Source of the DNA: the human T2T-CHM13v2.0 reference genome, Homo sapiens
DNA: 64,000 bases
Reading direction: 5' to 3' (one strand)
Assembly (NCBI RefSeq): GCF_009914755.1
Contig: NC_060925.1
In this document: in pieces, positions 62,686 through 64,000 of the stretch
Numbering within the stretch: position 1 is the first letter of the stretch
Layout: the number at the start of each line of letters is the position of its first letter
Translations under genes and position numbers: made by a program
The notes under the pieces: generated by a model
Told to the model about the DNA's origin: nothing
Database searches by the model: none
Seen by the model: only the letters and a program-made list of their open reading frames with translations

Positions 62686-64000
62686 ATGGTGTTGGGACAA
62701 CTGTATATCCATATACGGAGGAATGAAGTCAGACACTTATTTCACGCTATATACAAAAATCAACTCAAAGCATTAAATGTAAGACACGAAACTGTAAAAT
62801 TACTAGAAGAAAACATAGGGGAAATTTTCATAACATTGGTTTGGGCAATGCTTTTTTGAATAAAACCTCTAAACCACAGGCAGCAAAAGCAAAAATGGAC
62901 ATATGCAATTACATCAAAAAGCTCCTGTGCAGCCAAAGAAAAAATCAAGAATGAAGAGATAGTCTACAAAATGGGAGAAAATACTTGCAATCCACATATC
63001 TGAAAAGTGGCTAATATCCAAAATATATAAAAACTCAAACAATTCGATCAATAAAACAAACAAACAAACAACAACAACAACAAAATGATTAAAAACTGGG
63101 CCATAGACTTGAATAGACACTTCTCAAAAGAAGATATACAAATGACCAGGGGGTATATGAAAAACTTCCAAACATCACTACTCATCAGAAATGTAAAAGA
63201 AAGCCACAATGAGATATCACCTTACACCTGTTAGGATGGCTGTTGTCAAAAAGACAATGGATAACAAGTGTAGGTGAAGATGTGGAGAAAAGGGAACCTG
63301 ACCAACTATCGGTAGGAATGTAAACCATTATGAAAAACAGTATGAGAATTCCTCTAAAAATTAACAATAGAACTACATTGTGATTTAGCAATTTCACTCG
63401 TGGTTATATATCAAAAGGAAATAAAAACAGGTTGTCAAAGAGATACCTGCCTTTCAATGTTAATTGCAATGTAATTTACAATAGCCAAGACATTGAATGA
63501 ACCTGTGCCTATTAACGGATGAATGAAAAGACAAAATATGGTGTATAATATACAATGAAATACTATTCAGCCTTTAAAGAAAGAGAAATCTTATTTGTGA
63601 ACCTAGAGGACATTAGGTAAAGTAGAATAAGCCAGACACAGAAAGGCAAACTCTACATCATCTAACTCAAATGTGGAATCTAAAAATGCTGAAGTCATAC
63701 AAGTAGAGAGTAAGGCTGGTTGTTACCAGGGGGTTGGGGAAGGGTAGTTAGAGTGATATTGGTTAAAGGATACAAAATTTGAGTTATATAGGAGTAATAA
63801 GTTGAAGAGATCCATTCACAACAAAGTGAACTAATTAATAACAATACATCATATTCTTGAAAATTGCTAAGAATGTAGATTGTAAGTGTTCTCACCACAA
63901 AAAGATGAGTATGTGAAGTAATGCATATGTTAATTCATTCCATTTGGCCATTCCACAATGTATGCACCTTTCAAAATAACATGTTGGTACACAATAAACA
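62686..64000 (+). mobile_element. L1MA 3' portion (ORF2 end and 3'UTR), runs to window end
   Basis: 'atggtgttgggacaactg...aaaatcaactcaaa...cttgaaaattgctaagaatgtagatt..aagtgttctcaccacaaa...aaaataacatgttg'. Confidence 0.9.

Overview
AT-rich primate (human/great-ape-like) genomic DNA, either intergenic or deep intronic, made up mostly of transposable-element fossils. These include one full-length but dead L1PA10/11-type LINE-1 (~6630-13025), many older L1M/L1PREC2 and L2 fragments, about 12 Alus (AluY, AluS, possibly AluJ), solo LTRs (MER41C/D-like, THE1A, LTR12F, MSTB, MLT1), MER3/MER5 DNA transposons, MIRs and AT-rich tandem repeats. I find no credible host protein-coding gene, RNA gene or CRISPR array. 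The supplied ORFs are L1 remnants, Alu read-throughs or chance low-complexity frames. I do not see a new multi-gene biological system. The most unusual signal is structural: 35-58 kb holds several locally templated rearrangements. They are a ~255-bp inverted copy dropped into an L2, an A-B'-A'-C-B duplication closed by a 10-nt microhomology, a scrambled L1 with strand switches and snap-back hairpins, and a short MLT1 copy. A CpG-phased 28-bp palindromic AT-rich VNTR sits between the inverted arms. There is also one well-formed candidate 67-nt exon (62425-62491) and three LTRs carrying recognisable NF-Y, DUX4 or STAT motifs. Subfamily calls come from remembered consensus features rather than a RepeatMasker run, and identities are estimated by eye.
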